Notes under the pieces: generated by a model
Told to the model about the DNA's origin: nothing
The model's input: only the letters and a program-made list of their open reading frames with translations
Database searches by the model: none
Made by a program: the position numbers and the translations under genes
In this document: piece after piece, positions 34,655-54,050 of the stretch
How positions within the stretch are numbered: the first letter of the stretch is position 1
How the letters are laid out: the number at the start of each line of letters is the position of its first letter
Assembly: GCF_009914755.1 (NCBI RefSeq)
Contig: NC_060935.1
Strand: one strand, 5' to 3'
From: the human T2T-CHM13v2.0 reference genome, Homo sapiens
DNA length: 64,000 bases

Positions 34655-37010
34655 CTGTGATACAGACTAATAGTCACTGCAATCTCTTCTCCTATTTTTC
34701 CCGGGGACAAGATTAAATTATATTTACCAACCCTTCTTATCGATTGATGGGCCCATGAGACTCAGTTCTCTCCAATGGAATATGAGTAAAAATATGTGTG
34801 CTATTTCTAGACCTAGGTCTGTGACGTAAAGATGCCTCTTCTGCATTTCCTACCTTCTTCCTACCAGCAGCAACCCAGATAGGGTGTGGTTCAGCTGCTA
34901 CCATGCTAATGGGGACACAGCCCACAGAGGTGGACTGAACATTTAGATGGGACCCACCTGCCTGGAATGCTTACCTCTTTCTACCACATGAGAAAGAAGG
35001 AAACTTCTTTCTTTGGTCATATTGTTTTGTTCTCTCTCTCTCTCTCTCTTTCTCTTTCTCTCTCTCTCTCCTCTCTCCTCTTTCTGATGCAGGAAAATAG
35101 GCTCTGGAGGTAGAGAACATAAGGCCGATTCACACTTCAGCTATAACAGGAAATATCCTCTCCATAGGGCATACACTGAGTAAATGACTTTGTAACTTTA
35201 CTTCATCCTCTTTATTTACATAGGGCGTACCCCAAGTAGAGGGTATTTAAACTCACTAGAACTCTGTAACAGGGCCTTTGAGCCCCTATGCTCAGGGCTG
35301 CTCCCACACTGTGGAGTGTACTTTCTTTTTCAATAAGTTCTTTCATCCCTTCTTACTTTGTGCATTTTGTCCCATTCTTTGTTCAAGATGCCCAGAACAT
35401 GGACACCTTCCACCTGTAACATCTCTCCCCCTCCCTCTCTCCCTCCCTCTCTGTCATTCTCTGAGTCAACAATCTTTGCCCTAAGAAATATAAAAATTGG
35501 TACTAAGAGTGAGGCGCTGCCATAATGGAAACCTAGTTGTCAGGCAGCAGGCAGCAGGAGGACAGATATCATAGGCTGGAAATCTACGGACTCTTGGACA
35601 AATAATAGGTGAAATTCTCTCCTGCAATAGCCAGAAAGGGAGATCTTGTACCTTCCAAGGCTGTAAGTAAAAGAGAATTTGGGAAGAGCTGAAAGGTTAG
35701 TGAGTATTGGCTGTTCCTTGTTCCTTTTAGGAAGGTATGCAAAGAAAAGAGATGAAGTTCGCAAGGACTGGCCAGATTTCAAACAGAGATGAAAGGAAAA
35801 GGCAAGTGTCTAGAGCAGCAGGGGCTTCTGTAACCCAAACAGCAGAACAGACAGCTGTGGCTCCGAGTCTTTCTCAAACACTATCCAATTAAGCAAAACA
35901 TCTATCCAAAGGATCCAGCCCCAAGGCAAAGATTAGACTAAGGGCATTGCTTCTCTTTTACGCCTATTATTCAACATTTCTCAAAATAGCTGTCGTTAAT
36001 GCAAGGAAAAAAGGCGTGGCTAAACCAGGAAGCAAAGAAATGAAGCAGGCTTGAGAAATATGTAAGAAAATAGCATCCTGGCTCATGAAATGACTGGAAG
36101 CAAATAGACTTGAAAGCTAATAAATCTTTCTGGGAATTGTTTTTTCCAGAGAAACCGTAAAAGCCTGTAACTGCTTAGCGTCACCAGATAGCCCTCAAGG
36201 AAGATGCATTTTCTGACACCCACTTCAGATGAGGATAATAGACAAGGGAGAATTATCCTGGCAGGGGAAGATGTTCTGCCTGCTCCGGTTTTGCCCAGGG
36301 ACCACTCTGTATTGCCTGTGTTCTCTCTTCTGATCGGGGGTATCTATTGTGGCTTTCCTTTCCATATTCCTCCATTGTCTATTTGGCAAATGGGTGGGAC
36401 AAATGAATTGTCTTTTAGCTTGAACACATCTGAGCCTGTGGAGAGGTCTATGCATCAGATACACAGGGCACAGTAACTGGATGGACGTTGGTTTGTGCCC
36501 CATGGAGAAGGGTTGAGTGTGTTCTATTCATAGTGAAATAAGCACGCCTAGCTATGTCGTGGCTGGAGGGATGGGCTATGGCAGAGATTAATAGTGATCC
36601 CCTAAAATCTGTTCTCTCCCTTTTTCACGGCATGAAGCTAGACAATTGACAGCCCACCCAACTCTGTGCCTTGGGTTTACCCAGTGACAAGCTTTCTCCA
36701 GTTATATGTGAGTGCAAGTAATATTTGTCACTCTGGATCCAGGCCCAAGATCGTGGGCATGCCAGCTCACAATCTCTTCTCCCTTCTCTCAGAGGGAGCA
36801 ACTTGGATATGGTGGTAACTTGGCTTCTACAGAGCAGATGATAACATGGCCCCAGAGGATGTTAAAACTTGGGTCTCTGAACTACTGAATGAAGCAAAGC
36901 TGTCTGCTCTTCTGAATTGTTACAAGAGAGAAAGATAGGGTTGTGTTTTCTCTCAGGCATTGTGGTGTATGTCTCTTGTGCTACAGCAGAACTGCCTCAC
37001 CCTAACTACG
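34655..37010 (+). mobile_element. Second ancient ERVL (LTR16-like) LTR-internal-LTR remnant
   Basis: LTR-like ~34655-35485; internal begins aaaattggtactaagagtgaggcgctgcc; LTR-like ~36580-37010. Confidence 0.55.
35085..35421 (+). mobile_element. MER51/MER61-type ERV1 solo LTR inserted in a CT tract
   Basis: tgatgcaggaaaataggctctggagg...cctgtaaca; TSD tttc/tctc. Confidence 0.75.
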
Positions 37011-37429
37011 TATTATTCTTGCTTTACTGTTCCTGTGATCCCCCATGCGAAGTGAATTCAAGTATCTTACCATATATATGCTTTTATTTTCCCTGCATTG
37101 CTATAATGAATGCCTGGTGAATGTGACAACTAGGTTATCTGTTGCATAGATATTTATAATAGCTATACCTGCATTTAATTTGAGTGACACTATGATATAT
37201 TACATAACTCCTTGCCAATGTACTTAATGCTTTTTGGCCAGAATTGTATCTTGTTGGATAATCAAATCATGACATTTATTTTTTTATTTGCCTGGTATGC
37301 CATTGCTCATCTTTTACTTTCCAACCTCTTGAGTTTGCATTAGGTGTGTCTCCTGCACACAGTATAGAGTTGGATTTTATTTTGAGATTTAATCTGAAAA
37401 TATTAAAAAAAAACAATTAATTATAGATA

Positions 37430-40000
<2,571 letters not shown>

Positions 40001-40330
40001 AATAGCCTGTGAGTTTTGTGCCACTCTTTGGTATTGAATATTGCTGGGACTAGTCCTTTTATGAGTGACTTGATTTTTTTTTCTTTTTTGGCCTGGCTAC
40101 TCATCTGATAATTTTATTAGGAGGCTTGGATTTGACTGTTCTAGGACAACTTTCCCTGGCACATCTATCACCTTTTAGTTAGATTCACATCTTTGGTTTC
40201 AAGAAAGTTACCTTCTATTTCTAAAAATTTATCGAATTTTATTGTTTTGTTTTTCTTCTTTAGAGATTCCCATTATGTATATGCTGTCTCTCTTTTGCCT
40301 TTTCTTCCATATTTATCATTTTCTCTCTAG

Positions 40331-40812
<482 letters not shown>

Positions 40813-41338
40813 TCAGTTCTTCCAGTTCTCACTTCATCTCCCCCCATAGTCTTTCTCTCCCATTTCTTTGCTGATTTGTTTTATATCCATTTTTTGGCCT
40901 TCCTTCACAGAGGTAATCGTTTTATGAAGATTTATTAATCCACAGAACACCGTTTGGTCAGGTTTTTGATCCATTCCATGATAACATTTTTTTTTCTCAG
41001 CAGCATTCTCTGTCTACCAGGTTTTACTGACCTTTACCACACTTTGCCTTTAGTATCTTTGTATTGATTCTGTGCTGACTCAAGTTATAAAATTATAAGC
41101 CATTGAACGAGTTGGATTTTCATGCCCAGCTATTGGTAGAAGTTTCTTTCAGGGAATGGAATTTTGCCAGCACTTTCTGAGATCTGCTGCCACTGGGTAT
41201 CATGCTATTTTCTCTACACATATGTTGCCTCACCCACTCCAGCCAATCACAAAAAGGCTTCTCCATCTCTACTCCATGCTCCTCAAATCTGTAACTTGTG
41301 TTATATACCAGGGATCTCGGTTTATTATTATTTTAGAG

Positions 41339-41558
41339 CAGTGGTTCTCAACCAGGGGCAATTTTGCCCCTCTGAGGATATTTGGCAATGTCTGGAGACA
41401 TTTTTGGTTGTCATACTTTGGGGTGGGGGTTGATGCTACTGGCATCTAGTAAGTAGAACCCGGGGATGCTGCCAGACACCCTACAATGCATAGGACACCC
41501 CCACAACAAAGAATTATCTAGCCCCAAATGTCAATAGTGCCAAGGTGAAGGAACTCTG
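41339..41558. mobile_element. MER20 (hAT-Charlie DNA transposon)
   Basis: cagtggttctcaacc...ggaactctg termini; 8-bp TSD ttttagag/ctttaggg. Confidence 0.88.
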
Positions 41559-42384
41559 CTTTAGGGTGAGACCCTTTAGGGTGAAAGTATTTTTGCTAGA
41601 GGTTTTTTGAAATCAGCCACTCCCAAGCTGACTCACTATTCAGCATCCCCCTGAGCCCCAGTCCCCTACCCACGACCCCACACCCACACAGCCCTTTGCC
41701 CCCCAACCCCCGCAAGCAATCTCTGTGCACTTCACCTTCATGGCTTTTGTGTGAAACCTTTGCTTTTGCCCGTCTTTATGTGTTGTTGAGTTTGTGGTTT
41801 ATATAATGGAGTTTGCATTATTTTTCTGCTTACCTTTTTGCTTTTTGAACATCCAGGAAAAGAAGAAGATATTTGCTGCCACTTGCTTTTACTTTCATTC
41901 CAAAATCTCTGGAGGGATACTATCATCTAAAACTTCAGCTTGAGATGTTTTAATTTAATCAGGGATTGTGAATTCAGGCTTCGAAACCACTGACAGCCCA
42001 TCTGGGATTATGAATTCTCAGGGAAAATGCTTTTACCCTCAACTTAGTGCTGAGATTTCTTCGTAGATTTTTGTGGGGATGGCGAGTGGTGAGATTCACA
42101 ACTAGTTTTTCCCTAACCTGACAATGGAGACCGCTGGAGCTTCAGCTTTGTGCAGGAAGTAGGATGGGGTCACCTATCTTGGGTGGGCTCTGGGAAATGA
42201 CTCCTGTGTCTCGCATCTCTATCAGCCCATGAGAAACAGAGCTTGGGCTCACATGATTCAGCAAACAGCCTCCAGGTCAAAGGCCCCTTCCTGCACTGCC
42301 TACTGCCCTTAGATTCCTACTTTCACTTACTTTTTGGCTTCTGGGTGTTCCATACTTTCTTGCCAGATTATTAAGTAATTTTTA

Positions 42385-42720
<336 letters not shown>

Positions 42721-43368
42721 TTAAACAATTTTCTTATTTTAAACAGCTTTTTAAGATGGGAATAATAACAGAGGTTATCTCAAAAATTTTTTACGAAGAT
42801 TAGTGAGGTAGTATATGCAAATCACCCAGATCAGTGCTTGGCAGAGAGTAAGTTAGTAGAAACTAACTACATTGCTAGCTTCTCCCCTTCTCTTCTTCCC
42901 AGTCTCTTCTCCCCTCCTTCCTTTTTCCCTGTGGTGGGAGAGAATCCTGGGTCAGTGACTCCCGGGTTCCCAGGGAGCAGCCCAGCAAGCCCTGCTGACT
43001 TCGCAGAGCCTGCCAGGACCCCACCTCCTGCCCACACCCCAGCTTCCCACTTCCCTGGTGCTGGTCCCCAGGGCCCTGCCACTTAGCCTGACAGAGCTTT
43101 CTCTGTCTCCTCATGTTATTTCCTCCCTCACTGGAAACAGGCCAGAAATAATGTTTCTCACTGTCAGCACCCGTCCTCAGCCAGCCAGAAGCAACTGTCT
43201 GCAGAGAGGCACAACCCCCTGAGTGGGTTTCCAATTCTCCATCAGATCTCTCTCCCCTACATACACCTTGTCCCTGCTCCTCTCAAATAGGTATAGGGGG
43301 AGGGTTGGAGTTGTTCTGGATTTTTTTTTTCTTGGTAGCTTTTAATTTTTAAACGATTTCAGATTTAG

Positions 43369-43837
<469 letters not shown>

Positions 43838-44385
43838 TGTAATAAATATTCTGAGAACATACGTCTCATTCCTCATCAAACTTCTACCTTTTACTTTTAG
43901 CAACCAACAACAATTCTTCTGAATCAGTTATTACTAAGATATTTGCCAATCTGTGAATTTTTTAAAAAACCAAACCATTTCTCTGCATGTTTTAGTTGGC
44001 ATTCCAACATACTGAAGAATTTTCCTCCTCCCCATTTATTTATTTGTGCATTCATGTATTTATGTTGGTGTAGGCTCATGGGTTCCTGTTTTATGTAACA
44101 CCTTATAATTATTACTATCATGAGTTATATTGAGGCTTAAGTTGTCCTGGACTCGGTCAGTGGGAGCCCAGTAGCATTTTAAGCACCTTTCCTGCATCTA
44201 AGAGCAGGGCCTATGTTTGTTTTGCTCACTGCCAATCCTAGTTGCTAGCACAATACCTAACATATTCTTAAAGAATGAATGAACCCTTCTATAGAAAGCT
44301 GCAATGATAGTGGTAACTTCCATAGATTTTCTGTAGGAAGTAGATGAGCTATTAGATGTTAAGTTCTTAGAAAACCAGTAATATG

Positions 44386-44648
44386 GCCAGGCCCAGTGGC
44401 TCACGTCTGTAATTTCAGCACTTTGGGAGGCCGAGGTGGGCAGATAACTTGAGGTCAGGAGTTCAAGACCAGCCTGGCCAACATGGTGAAACCCCACCTC
44501 TACTAAAAATACAAAAATTAGCCGGGCATGGTGGCACATGCCTATAGTCCCAGCTACTCAGGAGGCTGAGGCAGGAGAATGGCATTCCAGCCTGGGTGAC
44601 AGAGCAAGACTCTGTCTCAAAAAAAAAAAAAAAAGAAAAGAAAAGAAA
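44386..44648 (+). mobile_element. AluS with a right-arm deletion
   Basis: ggagaatggcattccagcc junction; TSD agaaa(a/g)ccagtaa. Confidence 0.9.
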
Positions 44649-44659
44649 GCCAGTAACAT

Positions 44660-44910
44660 TAGTAGCTAATATTTGTTCACCAGTTACTATGTGCCAGGTG
44701 CTGTTCTAAAACTTTTACATGTATTAATTCATCACACTGATGCTATGAGGTAAGTAATACTATTTCCTTATTTCACAGAAGAGGAAACTGAGGCTGAGAG
44801 GGAGGAAGTATCTTGCCCAAGGTCCCCCAGGCAACAAGCAATGGAACCAGGATTTGAAACCAGGTCTGTCTGCTCCAGAGCCTGCGTTCTGACCACTGTG
44901 CCATATTGCT
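44660..44910. mobile_element. MIR
   Basis: Near full-length MIR, including gaggaaactgaggct...cttgcccaaggtc...ggatttgaaaccaggtctgtct. Confidence 0.8.
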
Positions 44911-46197
44911 TCCGACTATGTCATGTGAGTGGGACAGATAAACTATTGAGTATAAAATAGGAAGGATTTTGATAGATCGAGGCTAGAAAGACATAGGAGG
45001 GGCCACCCTGAGGATGTCACACAGATGATGGAGTACTAGGTGTGAAGGTCCTGTCCCCCGAATTGTCCTCCCCACTCAGCTCCCTGGGCATCATCTCATT
45101 GACTCAAGCTGTCCTCTGCTAGTGAGGCCCTTCCAACTCCTGTGCTGCCTTCCACCAATCGTGCTGCCTCTACTCTCCCTCACTCTGCCAATAGCTCAGG
45201 GTCACAGACCTCACCAGTGCTCCCTGACAGTTAGCTCCTGACCACTGGTCCTTGACTTTCACTATTGACCTTCTTTTAGCACTTACAACTGGTACAATTT
45301 TATAGTTATTTATTAGTCATTTTATGTCTGTCTACCCTGATAGACTCTGAGCTCTGAGAAAACAGCATGTCTACTTTTGTCATCCTTACATCTCCTGGGT
45401 CTACCTGACATACAATGGGCACTCAATAAATACTTGTCAACTGCATAAGTGACTACAGACCTTCACTTTCTCCTCCATTCCTACATTGACTTTTCCCAAG
45501 AGTCCTGTAAGACAGTGTCCCCAACTATAAAGAATGAAGGTGCCATTGATGGTTCAGAGAAGGAAGGGGTCTGTTTCCAAAATCCCACACCAGGCAAGTG
45601 GCAGAGCTAGAACCTAGACCAGTGTTCACACCACCTTGGTGTACTCATGTCACCCACTGCCCCTCACTCAGTTTTTATTCCCAGCCCTATAGAAATAGCT
45701 CTGGGCTTCTGGAAACCCATGAAAGGGGACTCAGAGCGTAAATAGTTCTCAGGAAATTGAGGTATTTGGATTCCTAATACTGGTCTTAAAATTTATGTGA
45801 TTGAGGTGTTGTTGGTGATTCATGCTGATACCAGGAGTGGCCTCAGAACTCATCTAAAAATGACAGCTATGCTTGGCTGCCCAGTCCTGCGGGTGACCAG
45901 AGGAGACCTTTCTGTGAAGACACTCATACCTCCCGGAAGGCTGGACCTGCCTGTAATAGTATGGTGTCAGGGCTAAACCCAGCAGATTAGGAGATGTGCT
46001 TTAAGGGACAGGTGATTTACAGCTGTCAGGAAAGGAGTTTCTGCGTTATGTTTACCAATAAGGCCAAGAAGAGGGTGAATGTCAATTAAAACAGAAGATC
46101 ACTTATAACCCAAGCAATGACCCAGGGTCAGGAACGGGGCACCAGGAGCAAGTTTCTGTGTATCAGAGTCACAGAGAGAGGCTTGGGTTTGAGAGAG

Positions 46198-46500
46198 GTT
46201 GGGTTTGAGGCCTCACACCTGTAATCCTAGCACTTTGGGAGGCCGAGGCAGGAGGATCACTGGAGCCCAGGAGTTTGAGACCAGCTTGGGCAGGACAGTG
46301 AGACTCCATCTCTCTCTTTTTTTATAACAAAAAGAAATTTAAAAAGAAAGAATCACTGAGAGAGCTGGTTAAATGCAGATTCTTGGACCCTGCCTCAATA
46401 ATGCAAAAACACAACTTCTATGATGAATTTTTATCTTTGGTAAGCATTTATCCATCCAAAGTGATGCTGATGTGCACAGGAGTTTGAGAAACAATGTTTT
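46198..46500. mobile_element. Alu monomer followed by a MER5A-like fragment
   Basis: FLAM ~46198-46350; aaatgcagattct...gtttgagaaac ~46360-46500. Confidence 0.65.
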
Positions 46501-46746
46501 AGAGGAAAGACTACATAACATGACTTGGAATGAAGCACATCTAGTGCCAAATAAACAGGTGTGGATACAGGTTTTGTGAAATAATCCAACACTATTTTAG
46601 GCAAATAAGTAATTGTTGTGTAATATGTTCTGTGCACAAAATGATTTTGAGTGGTAGTTTTAGTGTGAGTGTTCTATTTATGGATTCCATATGCAAATAC
46701 ATCATGTATTTTTTAAATGCAGATGCTCTGTTCTTTGGTTTTGAGA

Positions 46747-46790
<44 letters not shown>
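46747..46790. repeat. (TATC)11 tetranucleotide STR
   Basis: Perfect 44-bp repeat. Confidence 0.97.
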
Positions 46791-46791
<1 letters not shown>

Positions 46792-47569
46792 CCTGGAAAA
46801 GAAACCTTAGTACATGTAATAATAGTTTGCAAAGTCATACTGCTTAATCAAATACCATCCCCATCTTCTTACTGGTCTAACCAGTTACTTTGGCCTGCTC
46901 TCAACCCTTGTGGTGGGCTAGGGTAGCGTAATTTGATTGCATTAATATACAAGGGACCTTCCAGACCAGGAAAGAAAAAGAACCGTCTAATGAAGTGGAA
47001 AAGGTGGAAGAGCATAAGATGGTTTCAGTGGGTATTGGGCGAACCATTCTTAAATCTCCACTTAAAGAATGATGATTTGGGGGTAGAGCGGCTTAAGGAT
47101 AATTCACTCCTCATGTTTATCCTGAAATAGGCAATGTTACAGAATTCTGTGTTTTTCATTTATTAAATGCAACCCCCAACTCTAGGACTTTTCATCTTAA
47201 TCTTCCTCCTGTGGATATATAAGATCATTATAACATGAGGAATTTGGAAGAGCCAACGTACTAAGGTATTGAACTGATCCTTACCAGGATGAAAGCTCCT
47301 TTCTAGTGAATGTCACTAGCCTGTGATAGACAGAGAGCAAAGGCAGAGATCCTTGTCTCTTTTCTTCACTGTGGTGCTCCCAGCACTGAGAACAATGCTT
47401 GGCAAATGGTAAGTGTTTAATAAATATTTATGAATGACTGTCATGAGATTCCACAGGCAGGAAGAGACCTCAAGATATATACCTTTGAATTTAGAGTGAG
47501 AATCACATTGATGGGCTGATTTCTTGTGGTAGCCAGCTATATTCATGGACTATGACTGCTGTAATTCAC

Positions 47570-47915
47570 AGTGTTGGCAGGATTGGTTCCTTCTGGAGCC
47601 TTTGAGGGAAAATTCACTCCACACCTCTTTCCTAGTTTCTGGGGTTTGCTAGCAATCCTTGGCATTCCTTGGCCTGTACACATATCACTCTTTATCTCTA
47701 CCTTTATCTCCACTGGTCTTCTTTGTCTGTGTCTTCTCTTAAGACATTTGTCATTGGATTTAGGGCCCACCTGGATAATCTGAGATGATCTAATCTTGAG
47801 ACCTTTAACTTAATTATATTTTCAAAGACCCCTTTTCTAAATAAGTTCACAGTCACAGGTTGCAGGTGGACATACCTTTTGCATGGAGACAGAGGAGCAG
47901 TGGCACCATTCAATC
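47570..47915 (-). mobile_element. MLT1B/C-type LTR fragment
   Basis: gtgttggcaggattggttccttctggagcc...ttggatttagggcccacc. Confidence 0.7.
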
Positions 47916-47919
47916 CCCA

Positions 47920-49710
47920 ACACCAGCCTCCAAGATGGCCTTAAGGATCCCTGCATGCTGAAATTCAAACCTTTATATAGTCTGTTCTCACAGTGTGCAA
48001 GGGTTGATATGTGTTACCAGTAGAATACAGCCAGCTACTATGTAATGAGCAGCTCTATGGAGAGGTCCACGTGGTAGAAATGAAAACCTACGGCCAACAG
48101 CCACATGAGTAACCTTGGAAGCAGATCCTCCCACCCCAGACAAGCCTTTGGTTGACTACAGCCATGGCCAACATCTTGATTGCAATCTCATTTGAGACTC
48201 TGAGCCAGAATTTCCCAAAAGAGCAGCCCCCAAATTCCTGTAATACAGAGATCGAGAGATAATACATGTTTATTGTTTTAAGACACTAATTTTGGTGTAA
48301 TTTGCTATGCAGCAATAAAGGAAAAATGGAGATTTTGGTACCAGGAGTGGGGTGTTATCATAAAAACTACCTAAAAATGTAGGAATGGCTTTGGAACTGG
48401 GTGGTGGGCAGAAGCTGGAAGGACTTTGAGGATAGTGTTAGTGACAATCTAAATGTTCTGAAAAAACTGTTTATAGAAGCATTGTACCTTTTGTGGAGGC
48501 TGCCAGTGAGGGAAAAAAAATGGAGGAGAGAAAATCCATATTATGTAGAGGCAAGAAGTTTATCAACACTGTTAAGTATGAAGAAGCAGGGACTTGATAC
48601 ATTTGATAATTCTAAGCCTCTCCGGATGCAAACAATGCTAAAAGTAAGAAATACATTTGAGCAAAGATCAAATCAAGGTACTGACTTTAAAAAAGGCTAA
48701 AAATGAGATATAAGATATGACTTCCAGATCTTTTGTTAAGATCTCAGAAACATTTAAGGAGGAGCCTCAGAATACTATTCATGCAGACAGAATGTCCTCT
48801 AATGTTTTGAGGTTGTGTCTGACAGATTTGCTCAATCAAATAATATAGCTACTAAGAAGCTCAAGGGTGTTGTCTCTCACCAGAAGCCCAAGACAGAGAA
48901 GGGTTTATCTCAGATTTGTGTGTGTGACTTTGTGTGATAGACAGTGTAAACCCTAAAAACATTCACAAGAGATCCAGACAGCTTTTAAGATGATTATATC
49001 AGCAAAAACATCACTACCTTGATCTGAAAAGGACAGAGAATGTACAAAATAAAAGAAGCATTTGGGCTGTCAAATTTATACAAAGCTACTGATCTTCAAA
49101 CATGTGCTGCCTGCCATAAAAAAGAAAGGATGACTCAGAGGGTGGAACTAGAAGGTGTGGCCAAGAGCCATGGAGAATCACTTCTTGACAGGAGTAAGAC
49201 CGAGTCTTAATCAAGGAACCTACAACATTTGCCCAGTCTGGATCTTAATTAATTAATTAATTAATTGCTATGCAGTGACTCCTTTGTGCCTCTCATTTTG
49301 CCTTTTTTGAACAGGACTGTCTATAGTTGTTATTCTATGCCTGTCCCATCATTGAATATAGTGTGTATAGGGGGCAAGATAACTTGTCTCTGTAGTTTAT
49401 CAGTCTACAGATTGAGAAAAATGTATTCAAGCAGCTATACTTAAAGAACTACACCCTAGAAGCCTCATCTACACCTGGACTTGATTTAGATGATGAGATT
49501 CTGAACTTAAAGCTGATGTTGTAATGGGATGAGACTTTGGGAACCTTGGGAGGAAGTAAGTTTATCTTCTATGAGAGAGAGATACAAATCACAAGGGACA
49601 GAGGGCAGACTATGGTATCCAGCTCCACAGTATTCTCCGATAATCTCCATCTCCTGATATTCACATCCTCGTATCATTCCCTCTCACAGTGTGCCAGTGT
49701 TGGTCTTCTA
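47920..49710 (+). mobile_element. MLT1 (F/G-like) LTR plus MLT1 internal region plus partial 3' LTR
   Basis: Internal begins gagattttggtaccaggagtggggtg...ggctttggaactggg; LTR-like sequence on both sides. Confidence 0.7.
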
Positions 49711-50515
49711 TGTATATGCATTCTACTTATATATCCCTTATTTTTATATTTGAATGTATATTTAAATCCTGAAAGAGTTAACAAAACTTCAAAGTCTAAG
49801 TATTTGTTAAGGTAATGAGAGCTGGTATAACAAACAGAGTTCCCTGGCATACACAATACAACTTTATTTCTGGCTCATAAAGTCAAAAACAGGTGTCCTG
49901 ACTGGTGTGCCTTTCTTCATCAAGCAGTGATCCAGAGTTCCAGTTTCATCCTGAAGCTCTGCCATTTTCCATGCTGGAGTCTCCATTTTCTGTGGAAGGG
50001 GAAGGCACAGGAAGGGTCATCTGTAGATGTTTTCCTGGGCCCAGGCCTGGAAGGGGTGCCCTTCATTCCTGCTCATCTCCATTGGCCAGAACGTGTCACA
50101 TGGACACACCAGACTACAAGAAAGGCTGGGAACAGAGGGCTAGTGTGTGCCCAACGAGAGCAGAAAACAAGTTCTGATGAACACATTATAGTGTCTCATA
50201 GGCACACACTTCTGTAATGTTTGAATATCTTGTATGAGTGAGTAGGTATTACTTTTATAAAAGTAAACATAAGTAAGACTGGGTAAATAATCGGTGGGCC
50301 AGATCCTTCTGATCCCATTAGGACCAGGACAGAGGTGCCTTGAATGGAAATGGCCTCTTGAAAGGCCAGTCCTCCCACTGTGTTCAGGCATTCCTAGCCT
50401 GTTATTCAGGCTATTGGACATTTTAGCCAGAGTGAGTCAGTTTCTCCATCCTCATGCAAAGGTGGAAACCAGACCCTGGGCTTTGGTGGCCCCATGAGCT
50501 TGCTGCCTCTCTGAG

Positions 50516-51028
50516 AGTGGTAGGTAGAATAATGGCTCTCCACTATGTCCTAATCCCTGGAACCTGTGAATAATATGTTACACTACATAGCAAGGGGGAT
50601 TAGGCTGCAGATGGAATTAAGTTTGCTAATCCAGTGACCTTAAATTAAGGAGATTATCTGGGATTATCTGAGTGTCCAATGTAGTCACAAGGGTCTTTAA
50701 ATGGGGATGAGAAGGTTGAAGAGTGAGAACCAAAGAGATGGCATGGTGAGAAAGAACTTAACCACCCATTGCTGGCTTTAAAGATGGTGAGAGGGGCCAC
50801 AAGCCAAGGAATGCAGGGAGCTTTAGAAGCTGGAAAGGACAAGGAAACAGATTTTCTTCCTAGAGCCTCCAGAAGGAAATGCAACTCAGCTGACACCTTG
50901 TTTTTAGCCCAGTGAGACCCATTTCAGACTTCTGACCTCCTTCTGAACTCTAAAATCATAAATTTGTGTCATTTTGAGCCATTAAATTTGTGGTAATTTG
51001 TTCTAACAGCAATGGGAAACTAATGTAC
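50516..51028 (+). mobile_element. MLT1D-like solo LTR
   Basis: gtggtaggtagaataatggc...cctaatccctggaacctgtgaat...gaaactaat. Confidence 0.8.
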
Positions 51029-51131
51029 CAGGCATCCTGCCTAAAGATCCCACCTGGGTTGCCTGGAGACATCCCTCCCTCTGAATCTAATAGTAGCCTC
51101 TGGTGGTGGAGTCACACTGACCTGGGTTTGA

Positions 51132-51637
<506 letters not shown>

Positions 51638-52109
51638 TCTAGGAAGCTCTTGCTCAAGCTGATCAAGGCTTTGGGCTGCCATTTTGTATAATGTTTTTGA
51701 AGGCACTCCTGAAAAGTAATTAAAAGGCAAAAACCCTAACATATGGCAATTTCATAGAGATTGCTACATGTAAATTTACAATGATATATAAAAAGTATCA
51801 CGTAATCAGGAATAGAATTCAGAGATTCTTCTGTGATCCTGGCAAGGTACAGGCATCAAAGGGCCCAGAACGCTCCCTCCCTGGCTTACCCACTGTCAAT
51901 GTCCCATCTGCACACATCTACAGGTAGGCTTTGTTCCCTCTTGGGCAGGGAGGAAGTATTTCTCCCATCTTCCCATCCCTTTGAGGTGGGAAAACTTGTT
52001 TTTCTTTCCCTGCTTGAGACAAGGCTCACTGGGATTGATGGAACATCTCATCTGCTTAATGCTTCAAAACCCCAGTGAAATAGAATTTCCTGATTCACCT
52101 GAGAAGGTG

Positions 52110-52111
<2 letters not shown>

Positions 52112-52143
<32 letters not shown>
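52112..52143. repeat. T32 mononucleotide run
   Basis: 32 consecutive T with no adjacent Alu or L1 body. Confidence 0.95.
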
Positions 52144-52146
<3 letters not shown>

Positions 52147-52461
52147 AATAAAAGGGAGAACTGTTCCTCTCCCAGTTCTGTGTTCTTCACATTCTCCAGC
52201 ATCAACTGGTCGGGTAAGGGGTTTTCATTTTTTAATTACTTGGCTCAACCTCAGTGCTGATGGGGAGAGGCTGTGATTGGGGTTTTGTTGGGAAAGCCTT
52301 GTGGCACTAATTATTGTTGTTATTGTTCTTGGATAAGGAATGTTTCCAATTGTTTTCCCTTATATCTGGGTAAGGGGTCAGAGAGGTCCCTTCATAAACA
52401 GGTTCTGGGAGGATTTTTATGCCTGGCCAAAGTCAAGCTGCTTCTGGTTTCTACTTCATCA

Positions 52462-54050
<1,589 letters not shown>

